Positions 27,490-41,539 of a DNA stretch of 64,000 nucleotides are shown here, piece after piece. The position numbers and the translations under genes are program-made. Source of the DNA: the human T2T-CHM13v2.0 reference genome, Homo sapiens; the NCBI RefSeq assembly GCF_009914755.1, contig NC_060932.1. One strand, 5' to 3'. How positions within the stretch are numbered: the first letter of the stretch is position 1; each line of letters begins with the position of its first letter. The notes beneath the pieces are model-generated. The model was not told the origin of the DNA, made no database searches, and saw only the letters and a program-made list of their open reading frames with translations.

Positions 27490-27920
27490 TTTCATTAAAT
27501 AAATATTTCTTGCTTTCCAATCGAGGAGCGCCAGGCCCCGTACTAGGCACAGAGGGGACGAAGGCCACAAAAGCAACTCAGACAGGGTCTTCCTCATCAT
27601 TGAGGCATGAGCCAGGGGAGGCTCCCAGAGGGGAACAGAGACCTGTGCTCAAGGGATGTTCAAGGTCATGAGTGCACGTTAGCAAATGTGCAAGATGCCA
27701 TGCGGAAGCAGAGGAGAAAAGCAATACCAAAGGGAAGTGGGGTGGCCTCACAGAAGAGTCAGGGTTTTCATTAAACCCTGAAGAATAAACAAAAAAGGAA
27801 AAGATATTCTAGGCAAAGGCAACGGTACGTGTGCAGGCCGAGGATGATAAAACCACAGAGAATGGGGAAGAGCACGGCGGAGCAGAAACCCAGTTCACTG
27901 CATTGGAAGCACAGATTGCC
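27490..27920 (-). mobile_element. L2 3' fragment
   Basis: ttcattaaataaatatt...gccaggccccgtactaggcac...attctaggcaaaggcaac. Confidence 0.65.
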
Positions 27921-28546
27921 ATTAAAACTGTTTGAAATGGTTGGTTTGCATCTATGACAGCAAAGGTGAATCCTCCAGCAGAGTCAATGTTGATGCTACC
28001 CAGAGCAATTTCTAAATATAAACTTCAACAATTTAAACAATAAATGTATTCTGTCTTATTTGTAATTGTTTTAATTTATGATTATCATGTATAATTTGCA
28101 TTATCTAATCATGTTTTAGAATGAATAGATGTATCGCATATGATTATTCAAATTTTGTCGGCATTCTTTTTATTCCATTCTCTTAGGCTGGTGTTCTACA
28201 CGGGGCTGGCATGCTCTGAATGTTTTATCTTCATCAGATACATAAATCCAGGGACCAAAATACCAAGCTGGCAGGCTTTTTTAGATCTCGTGAGCAACAG
28301 GGAGGCTGTTTCCCTCTTTCCCACCATGCTGGTCTATGAGATCGTTATGCACACTCATGTGCCTTGTCCCCCCCAAGCCTTCTCCTGCCAAGACCCTGCA
28401 GATCCCAGATACCTGTTGATCCCCAATTCTGCCAACCTATCCCTCTTTCCAGTATGACGTGTAACTGCCGAGTTTTAATGAGTAAGGAGATAAATATTTT
28501 AGATGCCTTGGTAGTATGAACTGAACTTCTACTAAAGAAAAGCCAG

Positions 28547-28919
<373 letters not shown>

Positions 28920-29169
28920 TCAAGAAAAAAAAATCTCCGCGGAGAAGGCCCTAGCACGGATTCAAATACAAAGCAATTTACTAGAACTACAAAAGGAAGG
29001 GCTGAGTAAACACTGATGGTTCAGACACACAATTATGCTGCTACTCTGTCTATATGGTCTCAGGATTTACAAGCAAACTCTTAACTGCACGTTTGAATTC
29101 ATCAATCCCAAATCCATCTAAGGATGAACCCACCTTAACGTGAGGGTTATTCTAGATGCAATGACCAGC

Positions 29170-30262
29170 TGCATCATTCATTTACTCAACAGATATTTAC
29201 CATGTGCCTACTCTATAAATGGCAAAGACCAGCTAGGGTGGATGTTTCAATGAGCTTAGTTCAGTAAGGGAAAGAAGACATCTGCATCGATCACTACAGC
29301 ACAGCGTAGTATCTATAACTGCCACTGGAGACAAGGGAATGTTCAGTCATTGTTTAAGCTGCGGAGGTGGTAAAGGCAGCAGAAAGGAGGGGAGGAACTG
29401 CCATGTCCTAGAAACAACTAGGGTAACGGGATTGAAAAGTCAAGTGTGTGGCAAGGAGTAATGAACACTATGGACGGGATTATTTCATACGGTTGAGAGC
29501 TCTGAAGGCTAGGCTGAGACATGCGAGGCCACAGAAGGGTTTCCCATAAGACAGAAGCATAAGCAAAGTGGAACTTTGGGATGGCGTGGAGGATGGATTC
29601 GAGAGGGTGACTGAGACTGGAACCCAGTGACCAGGCGGCAGGCTGAGGTCAGAGTCCAAACCAGAACAAAGGCTGAGGTGGGAATAAAAAGAAATGGGAC
29701 AGAAATGCAAGAGATGAAGATGATGGGGACCCACTGATAGCTGCAGGGGGCAAGGCAGAGTGTTTGTGAGCATGGTGGGACTTTACAAATCAGGACATCA
29801 CAAGAAGGAATGGCTTGGGAGAAAGATCAAATGTTTGGTTTTAGACATGATAATTTTGAGATGCAAGTGGAATATCCAGTTGCAGATATCCGTAAGGCAG
29901 GGAGAAATGCAGACCAGGGAGTGGAAAGAGGGAGATTTATCAGGCTGTATTTGGTATTCATCAATCATTTGTTTAATCGGTATTTACTATAAGCTGACTG
30001 GAGCCAGACACGGTGCAAGGGACTAGGGAAGATACAGTGATGAACAAGACAGAACCCCTGCCCTCAAGGAGTGTTTGGACCAAAAGGGAAAACGAACTAG
30101 TAATGACTAAAATAAAGGGGACATGTGTTGTGATCAAAGTGCAGGTGCTGTGAAAACACATTGAAGGGGGCTTCAGCCAGAATGATGGGGTGTGGAAAGA
30201 GGGTCTGTGAGGACAGGGAACAAGTAACAGCAGCACCTTCAGTTGGGGGAATGGTGAGAGGC
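29170..30262 (-). mobile_element. L2 fragments (two 3' ends, near 29172 and 29955)
   Basis: cattcatttactcaacagatatttac; gatacagtgatgaacaagacag...cctgccctcaaggag; tgtttggttttagacatg...tttgagatgc. Confidence 0.7.
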
Positions 30263-30263
30263 T

Positions 30264-30745
30264 GAAGATACAAATGGACACTAGTCTGACTATATAAAAA
30301 CAGAACCTTCACCCACAACCTGCAGCAACCAGCCCAGGAAGCCAACCTACTGTTTAGAGTCACCAGTTCAGGAAGCCAAACAACAACCCCTTTAGCAATC
30401 AGCCCCAAATGGCAAGGACTTGATTAATTTCCCTGACAGTTTCCCTAACTTTTGTCCTGGCTTGAAATTCTAGGACTAACCCAAGAAAGCTAAATAGGTA
30501 CCCCTAATCTATTACACAAGATTCCCCGCATCTTGTTAGCCTGTCTGCAACTTCCCCAGGCCAACAGCCTCCAATCAGGACATACTTGAAGCTTTCCCTC
30601 TTTTCCACTCTGGAGCTTTCTCTCTTCCGCTTGCCTTTCAGTCTCTGCCGAACGCAAGGGCTAGTGGCTGGCCCTCTGGATGTAGCAAGCTCTGATTCAA
30701 GAGGCTTTGCTTGTTTCCATTTGGTGGTCTTCGTTTATTTCCATA
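30264..30745 (+). mobile_element. ERV-class solo LTR, subfamily uncertain
   Basis: TG start, repeated caggaagccaa, CCAAT (cctccaatcag), decayed polyA region and 3' end gtcttcgtttatttcca; interrupts the L2. Confidence 0.6.
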
Positions 30746-31934
30746 TCAGCATGTGAGTTATGAAGGCTAGGGTGCAGTGGATGCAGGATGGGATGCACAG
30801 TCCCTAGAGTGGGGGAGGGTGTTTACACTTAGGAGAGTGGGGAACCAGCAGCCATGTTAGAGAGGACCTTATAAGCCATGAGCAGGGCTATGAAATGCAT
30901 GCTGAGCGCAAAGTCATCCACACAGAGGTGAGAGCTGATTCTGAATCTATACTCCCATATTTTCAGGACTAGGTTCAGTGAATAAGCAAAGCAATGGGTG
31001 AGGATAAGACTGCATTTACTGAGGTCAGGACCCCAAGTCACTCAGCCTTTGCCCATATATAAGAGAAAAGAGGGCCAGGGATGGCCTGGTATCCTTAGGG
31101 AACTTTGTAAATTTGGAACACTGCACAAGAGGTCACAGTTGAGCTGCCCTCACAAACATGTACACATAACACAATACAATGAGCCAAGCAAATAAACAAA
31201 AACACTAGGAAGGTAGGAATGGATGGCTGAACTATGATTCTGTAGGTAGGCTGTAGGTTTCCAAGTGGTTAGAGTAGGTTGCCAGGAGATTAAACTAAAT
31301 AAAGTAGGTTGCCAAGTGGTTAGACTAAATAAAGACTTGAGTAAGCTGAAATGCCTCCATTTGGAATGCAGGCTGCTCCTAAAAGGTAGATTTGACCTTT
31401 TAGTCTCCTCCTAGTGCCTTTAGTTTCATGCAAACACATCTTGATTTGCCAGGCCTTTTTAGAGTGAGCTTAAAACACCAGAAAAGAAACAGAAACCCGA
31501 ATAACGCACTTCTCATAATGTAATTATTTTTAAATGTGCAATATGTAACAGAGATGTTTAGCATCTCATAAGTTTTTGGAAAATACATTAGAATTCTTCA
31601 TAATTATTATTTGTAATAATATATCCCATTGGTATAGTCCTCTACCACTTTGAAGATTCTTCCAATCATATTTGATTTTTACATTGTGTGGAAGATGAAA
31701 CAGAAGTGTGTGTCTGTGTATGTGTGTGCTGAAGTCAGGTGGTGATAATGGTGGACCCTTGGATCGCTTGGTACAAGACTTCTTCATTCATGAGGAATGT
31801 GAATCCTATGATCACACACTCAGTTAGAAATGGATGTGACATGGAAAATACCTCAAACTCAGGCTGGCCCTCCTTACATGCTTAGTAACCTATTCCCATC
31901 TAACCGACATGGAAACTGAGGCTAAGGTGGGAAG

Positions 31935-32369
31935 ACCATTACACTAACAGCCTCGACAAATCACACCTCCTGGTATCTACACTAAGAGGGGCAGTCCCCA
32001 TCCTCACATTAACTTTGGGCTTGAACATATGACTTGTTTTAGCCAAGGAACATCAGCATAGGAAGCAGAGGCTTGATAAGCTCTTGGAATTGGGGTTCAG
32101 CATGGCGTCACCATCTCTAGAGCCAACCCAGGCCAGGCTAACCTTGAGGGGGAAAGACCATGGAAAGAGAGAGAGATCCAGACAGCCCCATCTTCCCAAC
32201 TGAGCCCTGCCTCCAGGTGACCCGCCAAACCGAATGCTGTCCCATGAATGAGTCCAGGCAAAATCGACAGAACAATGCAGCCAACCCACAGAATCACAAG
32301 AACAATTATTTTTGTCTTAAACCACCATGATTGGGGTAGTTTGTTATGCTGTGATAGACACCTGACACA
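31935..32369 (+). mobile_element. MLT1G/H-like LTR
   Basis: atgacttgttttagccaa...ccaacccacagaatc...gtagtttgttatgc...tagacacctgacaca. Confidence 0.7.
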
Positions 32370-32614
32370 CTAAGGAAGAATAAATATGTCCACTGTAGTC
32401 ATTCCCAGGCCCAAGAGTGAACCTGAGGTCTTGTACACCACCTCACACAGTAATGGAGAATGTGTTGGTGAACGAAGCTATCCCTGACATGCAAACCTGA
32501 GATCAAGCTCTAGATTCATTCAAACTCATGGTAGTTAGCTCATTCAGATCCTTAATGATCCTTACTTAATGCAACATAATCCTTATGTCAAGGCCATTGG
32601 AAATGGCTGGCTTT

Positions 32615-32867
32615 TTTTTTTTTTTTTTTTTTGAGACGGAGTCTCCCTCTGTCACCCAGGCTGGAGTGTCAGTGGCGCAATCTTGGATTGATGCAATCTC
32701 CACCTCCCAGGTTCAAGCGATTCTCCTGCCTCAGCCTCCCCAGTAGCTGGGACTTCAGGAGCCCACCACCACGCCTGTCTAATTTTTGTATTTTTAGTAG
32801 AGACGGGGTTTCACCATCTTGGCCAGGCTGGTCTTCAACTCCTGACCTTGTGATCCACCTGCCTCGG
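32615..32867 (-). mobile_element. AluS (Sg-like), 5'-truncated
   Basis: perfect 17-bp TSD TGGAAATGGCTGGCTTT at 32598-32614 and 32868-32884. Confidence 0.93.
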
Positions 32868-33958
32868 TGGAAATGGCTGGCTTTGATTGCCTGATGGTGG
32901 AGGGATTCAGCCACCACTCTATAGTCCACCATTAGAGGTGAACAGCTGCTGAGAGATCACCGTACAGATGGGGTGAAGGAAGACCAGAGAGTCAAGGCAC
33001 TTGCCTCGATCACACTGCTGTTAGTACAAAGGACGATATGAGAATCCAGGTCTTCTCACCTCAAAGCCAGTATCTTTTGGGTGATACATGCAACTTCCTT
33101 AGCAAGAGGGAGAAGCTCCAGTCCTGTGGCTTAGAGATATGGATCTTATGTCAGTTCCAGGCAAGAAGATGCTATCTGGGACTATAGAATGTTCTATCTT
33201 CAAAGTGATCTTTGGGTAAACAAGAGCCACAAGTGGTATCTCCCAGAAAGACACTCAGCAAGACTGAGGATGAATCAATTGATTCATTCATTATTGATAC
33301 CCACATATGTCTGAACAGGATCTGAGGTAGCATACGGAGTGCTGATTATTTTATTTGGTTGGGTAGATAAAACTAGTTATTTATAAGAGATTATTTTAAA
33401 ATCTCTGTCCTTTGTTATTTTTTGGTTTTGTTGCTGTTTGCATATGAAGTCTTCAAATTTATGTATGATGTTTTAATATTAAAATTTTTTCAGCAGAAAT
33501 CTATTGACTTGTGTGTGCAGGTCACCAGGGACCCCCCAGCACCCTTTACAAATGTAAAGCGCTACATTTACATTTGTTGAATAAGGAGCACTGGGTTACC
33601 TAACCTCACTAAGCTCTCCCATGAACTGATGTAGGAGACAATTAAAGAGTGGTTGGGGAACGCAGTTTGCAAATGGACGGTGCTACAGAAGCAGACATTC
33701 CACTTTGGGGGAAAAACAAGAAAAAGAAAACCATATGCCAGAAACAAATTCTAATCACCATACATCATGCTGCAGGTTATTCAACTGCAATAATACTATT
33801 CACCGCTTCATTATGAGATTGCATTCCACCTTGAAAACACTGATCACTCCTGCATGACGTACAGCATGGATTGTTGGGTCTGACATGTAAACTAATTACA
33901 TCCGATCTTAGCTCTGCCTTCAGTCTGTTGTGAAGGCAGATAGAGACGGTGTTCTCAC

Positions 33959-34013
33959 CATGGATTCTGGAATCCCTTTCCCCTGCGATGCTGCTGAGCA
34001 AGCCTGAAGGTTG
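33959..34013 (-). ncRNA. candidate spliced exon (55 nt)
   Basis: branch-like tctcaat, acceptor tgttccttttcccag|C, donor AATCCATG|gtgaga. Confidence 0.35.
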
Positions 34014-34131
34014 CTGGGAAAAGGAACAATTGAGACCAAGAGATGGAGAAAAGCTGGTCATGATTTCTAGAAGTAGTGACTGCTAAAATATTACAAATGT
34101 ATCCCTCTAAGAATTAGCTGGGAAGCTAAAA

Positions 34132-34152
34132 TGTGTGTGTGTGTGTGTGTGT

Positions 34153-34188
<36 letters not shown>
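34132..34188. repeat. (TG)n microsatellite with one TC interruption
   Basis: read directly. Confidence 0.95.
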
Positions 34189-34189
<1 letters not shown>

Positions 34190-34191
<2 letters not shown>

Positions 34192-34380
34192 GCTTATGCA
34201 AGATGCCAGTTCCTTTCCACACGTTATCTCATTTAATTTTCCCAGCAAGCCTATGAAGCAGCTATTTTTTATTATTCACATTTTATGTATGAGAACGCTC
34301 AGGCCAGAGAAGTTAAGACACTTGCCCGAAGTCACACAGTGGCAGAGCTGGGATTGGAACCAAGCTGTCTTTCACCGGAG
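34190..34380 (-). mobile_element. MIR
   Basis: agaagttaagacacttgcccgaagtcacacagtggcagagctgggattggaacc. Confidence 0.8.
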
Positions 34381-34669
34381 CCTGGTCCCTAAGTCACTCA
34401 ACTGGGATGCAGGGGCAAGCCCACTGGGCAGAAGCTCTGGGTTATTAACTGAGCTTGGCACCCACGCTGTGTGAGCTTGGGAGCATTGCTTTACCTCTTT
34501 GGGGCTCAGGTTCCTCGTCTGTAAGGCCAGGGAACTGCGCTGGACTCGGAGGCCTTCCCTAAGACCCTGCCCCAGCTGTGCTGCTCAGTGATACAACGGC
34601 CTCAGATTTGACTTCTGTGCTTCTCTGTGAGGCAGATGAACAGGGTTGGGTAACCTGTGCAATCAAGAT

Positions 34670-34998
34670 CAGCAGTTCCGTGCGGCTCAGAGGCCCCCGG
34701 GGAACTCCAGAATCTTTTCCAGGATCCACAAGGTCAAAATTATTCTTATCATCATGCTAAGATATATTTCCCTGTTCACTCTTATTCTCTCATGGGTGCA
34801 GGTGAAGTTTTCTGGAAGCTACACGGAGTGTGATGACATCAACACTCGATGGCTGATGGAATGAATGTGTGTTCGGGTTTTTTTAATTTCTCAGTTTTAA
34901 TTTTTAATCTGGTAAATATCAAACAAAAGCTCATTGGGGTCCTCAATAATTTTTGGGTGCAAAGAGGTCCCGAGGTCAAAAAGTCTGAGAACTGCTGC
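34670..34998. mobile_element. hAT-Charlie-type MITE
   Basis: Charlie-like end aaaaagtctgagaactgctg; internal ggtcaaaattattcttatcat and caaaagctcattggggtcctcaataattt. Confidence 0.55.
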
Positions 34999-35651
34999 TC
35001 AAGGCCATGCTTGTGAGACCCATGGAAACAAATGAGCGGAAAAATCTCAACACACTGAAGAACAGAACTTAAGAATGAAAAGTGTTGCTTTTGCACAGCT
35101 GATTACTAACCAGATATTTTTAACTCTTTGAACCCAGCTGACACACACAGCTTAGACGGCAGTGGAAAGACGCTCCTAGATGAGGACCTCACAGTTAAGC
35201 TTCCCCAAAGCCCCTAACCTTGGGCTGGGAGCCTAGCACACAAGAGGCACAGCTTATGTCACAGGAGGAAATGCACTGATGGAAAATGGGGTTCTAGATG
35301 TATCTTAGCTGGCACTGTCCCGAGCCATGCCTTCCTCATCAACAGCTGACTGTTTAATGTTCACACGCCTTGGGCAAATCATCTGCCCATTCATGCCCAT
35401 TGCGGATACAGCTGCAGACAGAACATTGCGAGTCGGGAGCTTGGCACATGTCATCTCACTTACGTCACACCATCAACCTCCGAGGTTCATATGATTAGCT
35501 ACATTTTATAGATTAGGAAACAGGCTGAGAGGTTAAGTTACCTATCCAGGCTCAAACAGGTACCTAAGTTTGTCTGATGCCCAAGACTAAGTACTAATCC
35601 ACTACCTTGAGATGTCCAAGCCCAGCGCTGTATGAAAATCACTTAGAGAGT

Positions 35652-36071
35652 TGATATGGTTTAAATATATGTCCCTGCCCAAATCTCATGTTGAAATGTC
35701 ATCTCCAGTCCTGGAGGTGGGGCCTAGTGGAAGGTGTTTGGATCATGAAGGCAGATGCTTCATGAATGGCTTGGACCATTCTTTGGTGATAAGTCGGCTT
35801 TCACTCTAAGTGCACAGGAGATCTGGTCTTTCAAAACGTGTGGCACCTCCCCCCAACTCTCTCTCCCTTGCTCCTGCTTTCACCATGTGATGTGCCTGTT
35901 CCCCCTTCACCTTCCTCCATGATCAGAAACTTCCTGAGGCCTCCCCAGGAGCCGAGCAGATGCCAGCAGGCTTCCTGTAAAGCCTGCAGAATCATGAGCC
36001 AATTAAATCTCTTTTCTTTATAAATTACTCAGTCTCAGGTATTTATGGCAACGCGAGAACTGCCTAATACA
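35652..36071 (+). mobile_element. MSTA/MSTB solo LTR inside a MER5-like remnant
   Basis: TGATATGGTTT...cccaaatctcatgttgaa...ctaataCA; TSD AGAGT/GGAGT. Confidence 0.9.
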
Positions 36072-36226
36072 GGAGTTTTAAACATTTCATATTTCCTGGC
36101 CCCACCCCTAAGGACCCTAATTCAGTAGGTCTGAGTGGGAGTCTGGAATCCACAGAGCCCTACAAATAGTCAACCTCTCACTTGGCATCTAAATTAAGGA
36201 TCTGATCAGTTGGAAATCTTACTTCA

Positions 36227-36937
<711 letters not shown>

Positions 36938-36992
36938 TTAACCCATAAAAGCACGGACACCTGGGGTCAGCTTGGGAGACCTGAGAATGGCA

Positions 36993-37074
36993 CCAAGCTC
37001 TGCTGGGAATGGGCAGGTGTGTCACTGTGGTCTCCGAGCTCTGCTGGGAATGGGCGGCTGTGGCTCCGTGGTCT
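36993..37074. repeat. 41-bp tandem duplication
   Basis: ccaagctctgctgggaatgggcaggtgtgtcactgtggtct / ccgagctctgctgggaatgggcggctgtggctccgtggtct. Confidence 0.9.
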
Positions 37075-37286
37075 CAAGCAGCTGCCTCTTCCCCTTTGCC
37101 GTCTCTTTCCCAGGCTGTGACAGCATTATTGGCTACTCATATTCTCATACCACACGGGCCAGGAAATGGCAGTGCTGATAGCTCTATCATTGTAGACACA
37201 CACAAGGCAGCTAGGGCAGCTGCCTTGGGGATCCATGAAGATTTTAAGAAGAGGGAGAGCAGAGGCCTGGGTGGGGTAGGGCCTGA

Positions 37287-37759
<473 letters not shown>

Positions 37760-38559
37760 TCATTGTACTTGTGCTGTACATGTTGACATCTAAATAGATC
37801 CAATTCAAAAGCAGCCAATGTGGACCTGAATCATAAGTTTTGGAAACTCATGAAACAAGGTCAAGTCTAATTTCAAACATGAGTTGCCTTCTGAAGAAAA
37901 GTTATTTAGCCAGAAAAGTTACAGAAAGGGCCTGTCTCCATGCTCAGATAAAGAGATGGTAACGTAAGAGTTTTACAAACTGCAACTCCAACATCATCGC
38001 TTCGTGGGTGTCCCTGACTTACAGTTTTCATTCCAAAGCCAAGGGGCTAGGAAAGGCAGGGACCAGAGAGGAGATCAATGAAAATTTTCATCTGTCAGCC
38101 ACTGTCAACTTATCTCTGCAGTCAAGGTTCATAAGAACAAGGGAACAAACCCAGTGAATTAAAAAATGGAAAAGAATAAAATGCCAGATCTTTCATCACT
38201 TAGAAAATGCAGTTTGGCAAGGACTGGAAACTTGCCTGGCACTTGCTCCCCACAACCCAATTCTGCCAAAACCTTACTTAAATTTGTAGAGCATTTTCTG
38301 TATTATAACCTTTGCCCGCACATCAGCTCCCTAGAGCCTCAAAAACACCCCCAAAGAGAGTGATCAGGGCAAGGGTTGCTAGCTCAGTTTTGCAGGTTAG
38401 GAAATTATTTGTCTGAAGTTGTATGAATCACCAAAGCACCACAAAAGTCCATTAAAGGGGCTTTCAGTACACAGGTGGCACTTCTTGGAGAATTTCTATG
38501 TGACTTCTTCACAGAGTTTTCTCAATCCTGAAAGGTTTTTCTTTCTATACAATTCTTCT

Positions 38560-38985
38560 TTAAATTTTTTATTATTATTTTTGATTGACAAATCCTAACT
38601 GTATATCTTTATGGAGTGCATGATGTTTTAATATATGCATACAATGTAGAATAATCAAATGAAGCCAGTTAGCAAAGCCAACCCTTCACTTACCTATTGT
38701 TTTTTTATGGTGAGACGTGTTAAATGTGCTCTTAGTTATTCTGAAATATACACTACATTATTGACTACAGTCACCCTGCTGTGCAACAGATCTCAAACCC
38801 TATTCCTCCTGTGGATCTGAAACTCTGCACCCTTTGACCAACAACTCCTCCTCCCTTCCCCACTCCACCCTGGCCTCTGGCCTTTCTATTCCCTGCTTTA
38901 GGATTTCAACTTCTTCAGATTCCACATATAAGTGAGATCATGCGGTATTTTTCTTTCTGTGCCTGCCTTATTTCACTCAACATAA
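38560..38985 (-). mobile_element. L1MA (8/9-like) 3' end
   Basis: agattccacatataagtgagatcatgcggtattt...ttatttcactcaacataa; cagtcaccctgctgtgcaacagatctc. Confidence 0.88.
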
Positions 38986-39471
38986 ACAACACAATGATTC
39001 TTGAGCACCTTTTGCTTTCTGCTAGTATTGCTTTCTCGGGGCTCACTTTCCTAGGTTCCTCTTTCACACAAGTGTGCATACAGTAGTTCACAGTTTTCTT
39101 TCCTACTCCTGCCTAATTCCTCACACGTCCTATTTGCCTTTTTCTCCCACTTAAGGATATTTTTTTCTTTGGCTGCTCTTTGATCACCCCTTAGGTTCAT
39201 TTCTCATATCTTCTATCAACTCCCCTAACCCCTGCTTTCCTGGGCCACCCAGTTTACCTCCCTACTTCCAAGTCTTATTAGTCTTGCATCAGAAACACGA
39301 AGCCCTGCTGTCATAACAAAGAATGTGTGCATTTGTGAGGACCACTTTACAAACTGATTTAGCAGAAAGAAGGCACCTTGCTGCATACTAATAATATTGC
39401 TTTAATAATGTTTTCTTGAAGATGGCTGCACCCAGGCGAGTTGAGCAGAGGAGGCTGCAGTGAGCCCCAGC

Positions 39472-39726
39472 ATGGCTGAGGAAGAACAGGGAAGCACCAG
39501 CTGCCGAGAGAGGAGGAGTATAAGGTTCAAGATGAAAAATCATTCACCGGATGACACTATCAAGGAAAATGTGACAATATCCAATATCAGGACCAGAAAA
39601 ATTAACCAACTTCCAGAGACAGAGAGGAATCTGCTTGAACATGGATTGATGTATATCAGACTTAATGCTGCTTTCTGTAGCCTAGTAGCACACAGTCTTT
39701 TTGGATTCATCTTAAAAGCGACATAG
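39472..39726 (+). CDS. residual 84-aa ORF of the TMEM126A retrocopy; translation unproven
   Basis: AGCATGG Kozak context at 39472, in frame with the parental-position ATG at 39532 and open to TAG 39724-39726. Confidence 0.2.
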
Positions 39727-39730
39727 GCTT

Positions 39731-40193
<463 letters not shown>

Positions 40194-41212
40194 TTACCAT
40201 TGTTTTCTGGGCTACACAGGTGAATGGCAGCCTTGTGGCCAGGTAGGACTCAGCCCTGCTACCAGAGAAAGGAAACAATTCGCTGGATTAGAATTTCTAT
40301 GCCTGTCTTTGTAAAAATGTTAATTCCCATTTTGCCCCAGACTGTGTTTGCAGCAAACGTTGGGTCTAGACAATTAACTGCTTATAAAGAGCGTTCAATT
40401 GCCTCAATGTGGCCTAGAAATTCACCGATTCCAAGCAAATGTGTATACACACACACAAAGGTAAAAATAACCTATCTCTAATGTATGAATAAATACAGAC
40501 TTGTAATTTATCATGTAAGTTACAACTCTGGAATCTACATCAAAAGGCTACACAGAGCAACAAAAAGCTGAATCTCAGTAAGGGCTACTCATGTAAACAA
40601 GAGCCTAATTTCACTGGTTTGCCCAATATTGTCTCTTTCCTCACTTATTCCACTGTACATCAGACACTGAGTTTGGTCTGTAACACAAGAGGGAAAAATA
40701 ACCATACAGCAATTTTCAATGACGACTTTGTAAAGAAGCCAAACAGAAATGAAAATGAAAAAAAAAAAAGGATTAAAATTTTTTTTTTCTATCACATGTG
40801 CTTGGGTGTTAGGCTCTGTGGATTCCTGAAACCACACAGCACCCTTTGTGTGAATATGTATAAAAATAATATATTAGTGTTTAAGTCAACCAAGTGTCTC
40901 TGGCATAATAATGTTCCTCCAATCAGGTCCTATTTTTTTCTCACACTATTTTTCTTTCTTACTAAATCTTGCTATTTTATTAAAAGATTTTGTGTTTGCA
41001 AATGTGTTTCTGCCAGCAGAAGGAACCACAAAAAATCCTCAACCATTAGCCCCTGATCTTGACAAATTAAACACTAGTGACATATTCTTTTAATGTGATA
41101 TTGGCAAGATACGGAATGAGAAGAAAGGGAGGAGGGATCTTCCTCCTAGAGCCCATTCCCTATTTATAAATCTGTGAGGGTGTGACATGTCCAGAGGGAA
41201 TCTACCTGGCCC

Positions 41213-41410
41213 AGTGACAGAATGGAAAGAGCATGCACAGAGCTTGGAATCAGGGAGCGGGAGTGTGCATCCTGGGCTCCCCCATGTACGTATCATGTGG
41301 TCTCAAGTTACCAGCTGCTTCTCCTGGAGGGCAGCGATTAGAGTGACAGCCTCCCAGGCTCCTTATGAGAAGCAGAGGAGAGAATGTTTGTGAAAGTGCT
41401 TTCTGCACTC
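41213..41410 (+). mobile_element. MIR fragment
   Basis: agaatggaaagagcatgc...ttggaatcag...tgtgaaagtgcttt. Confidence 0.55.
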
Positions 41411-41539
41411 CCAAATCTGCTGACTGGTCCTATGTTGGGGAAGGCAGGTGACCAACCACAGCCAAATCGCAGTGGGTGCCCTCCCTCTGGGGATTGAAGG
41501 CTCTGGGTGTGGCTGGCTCTCTTTCTCACTCAGCAGGGA

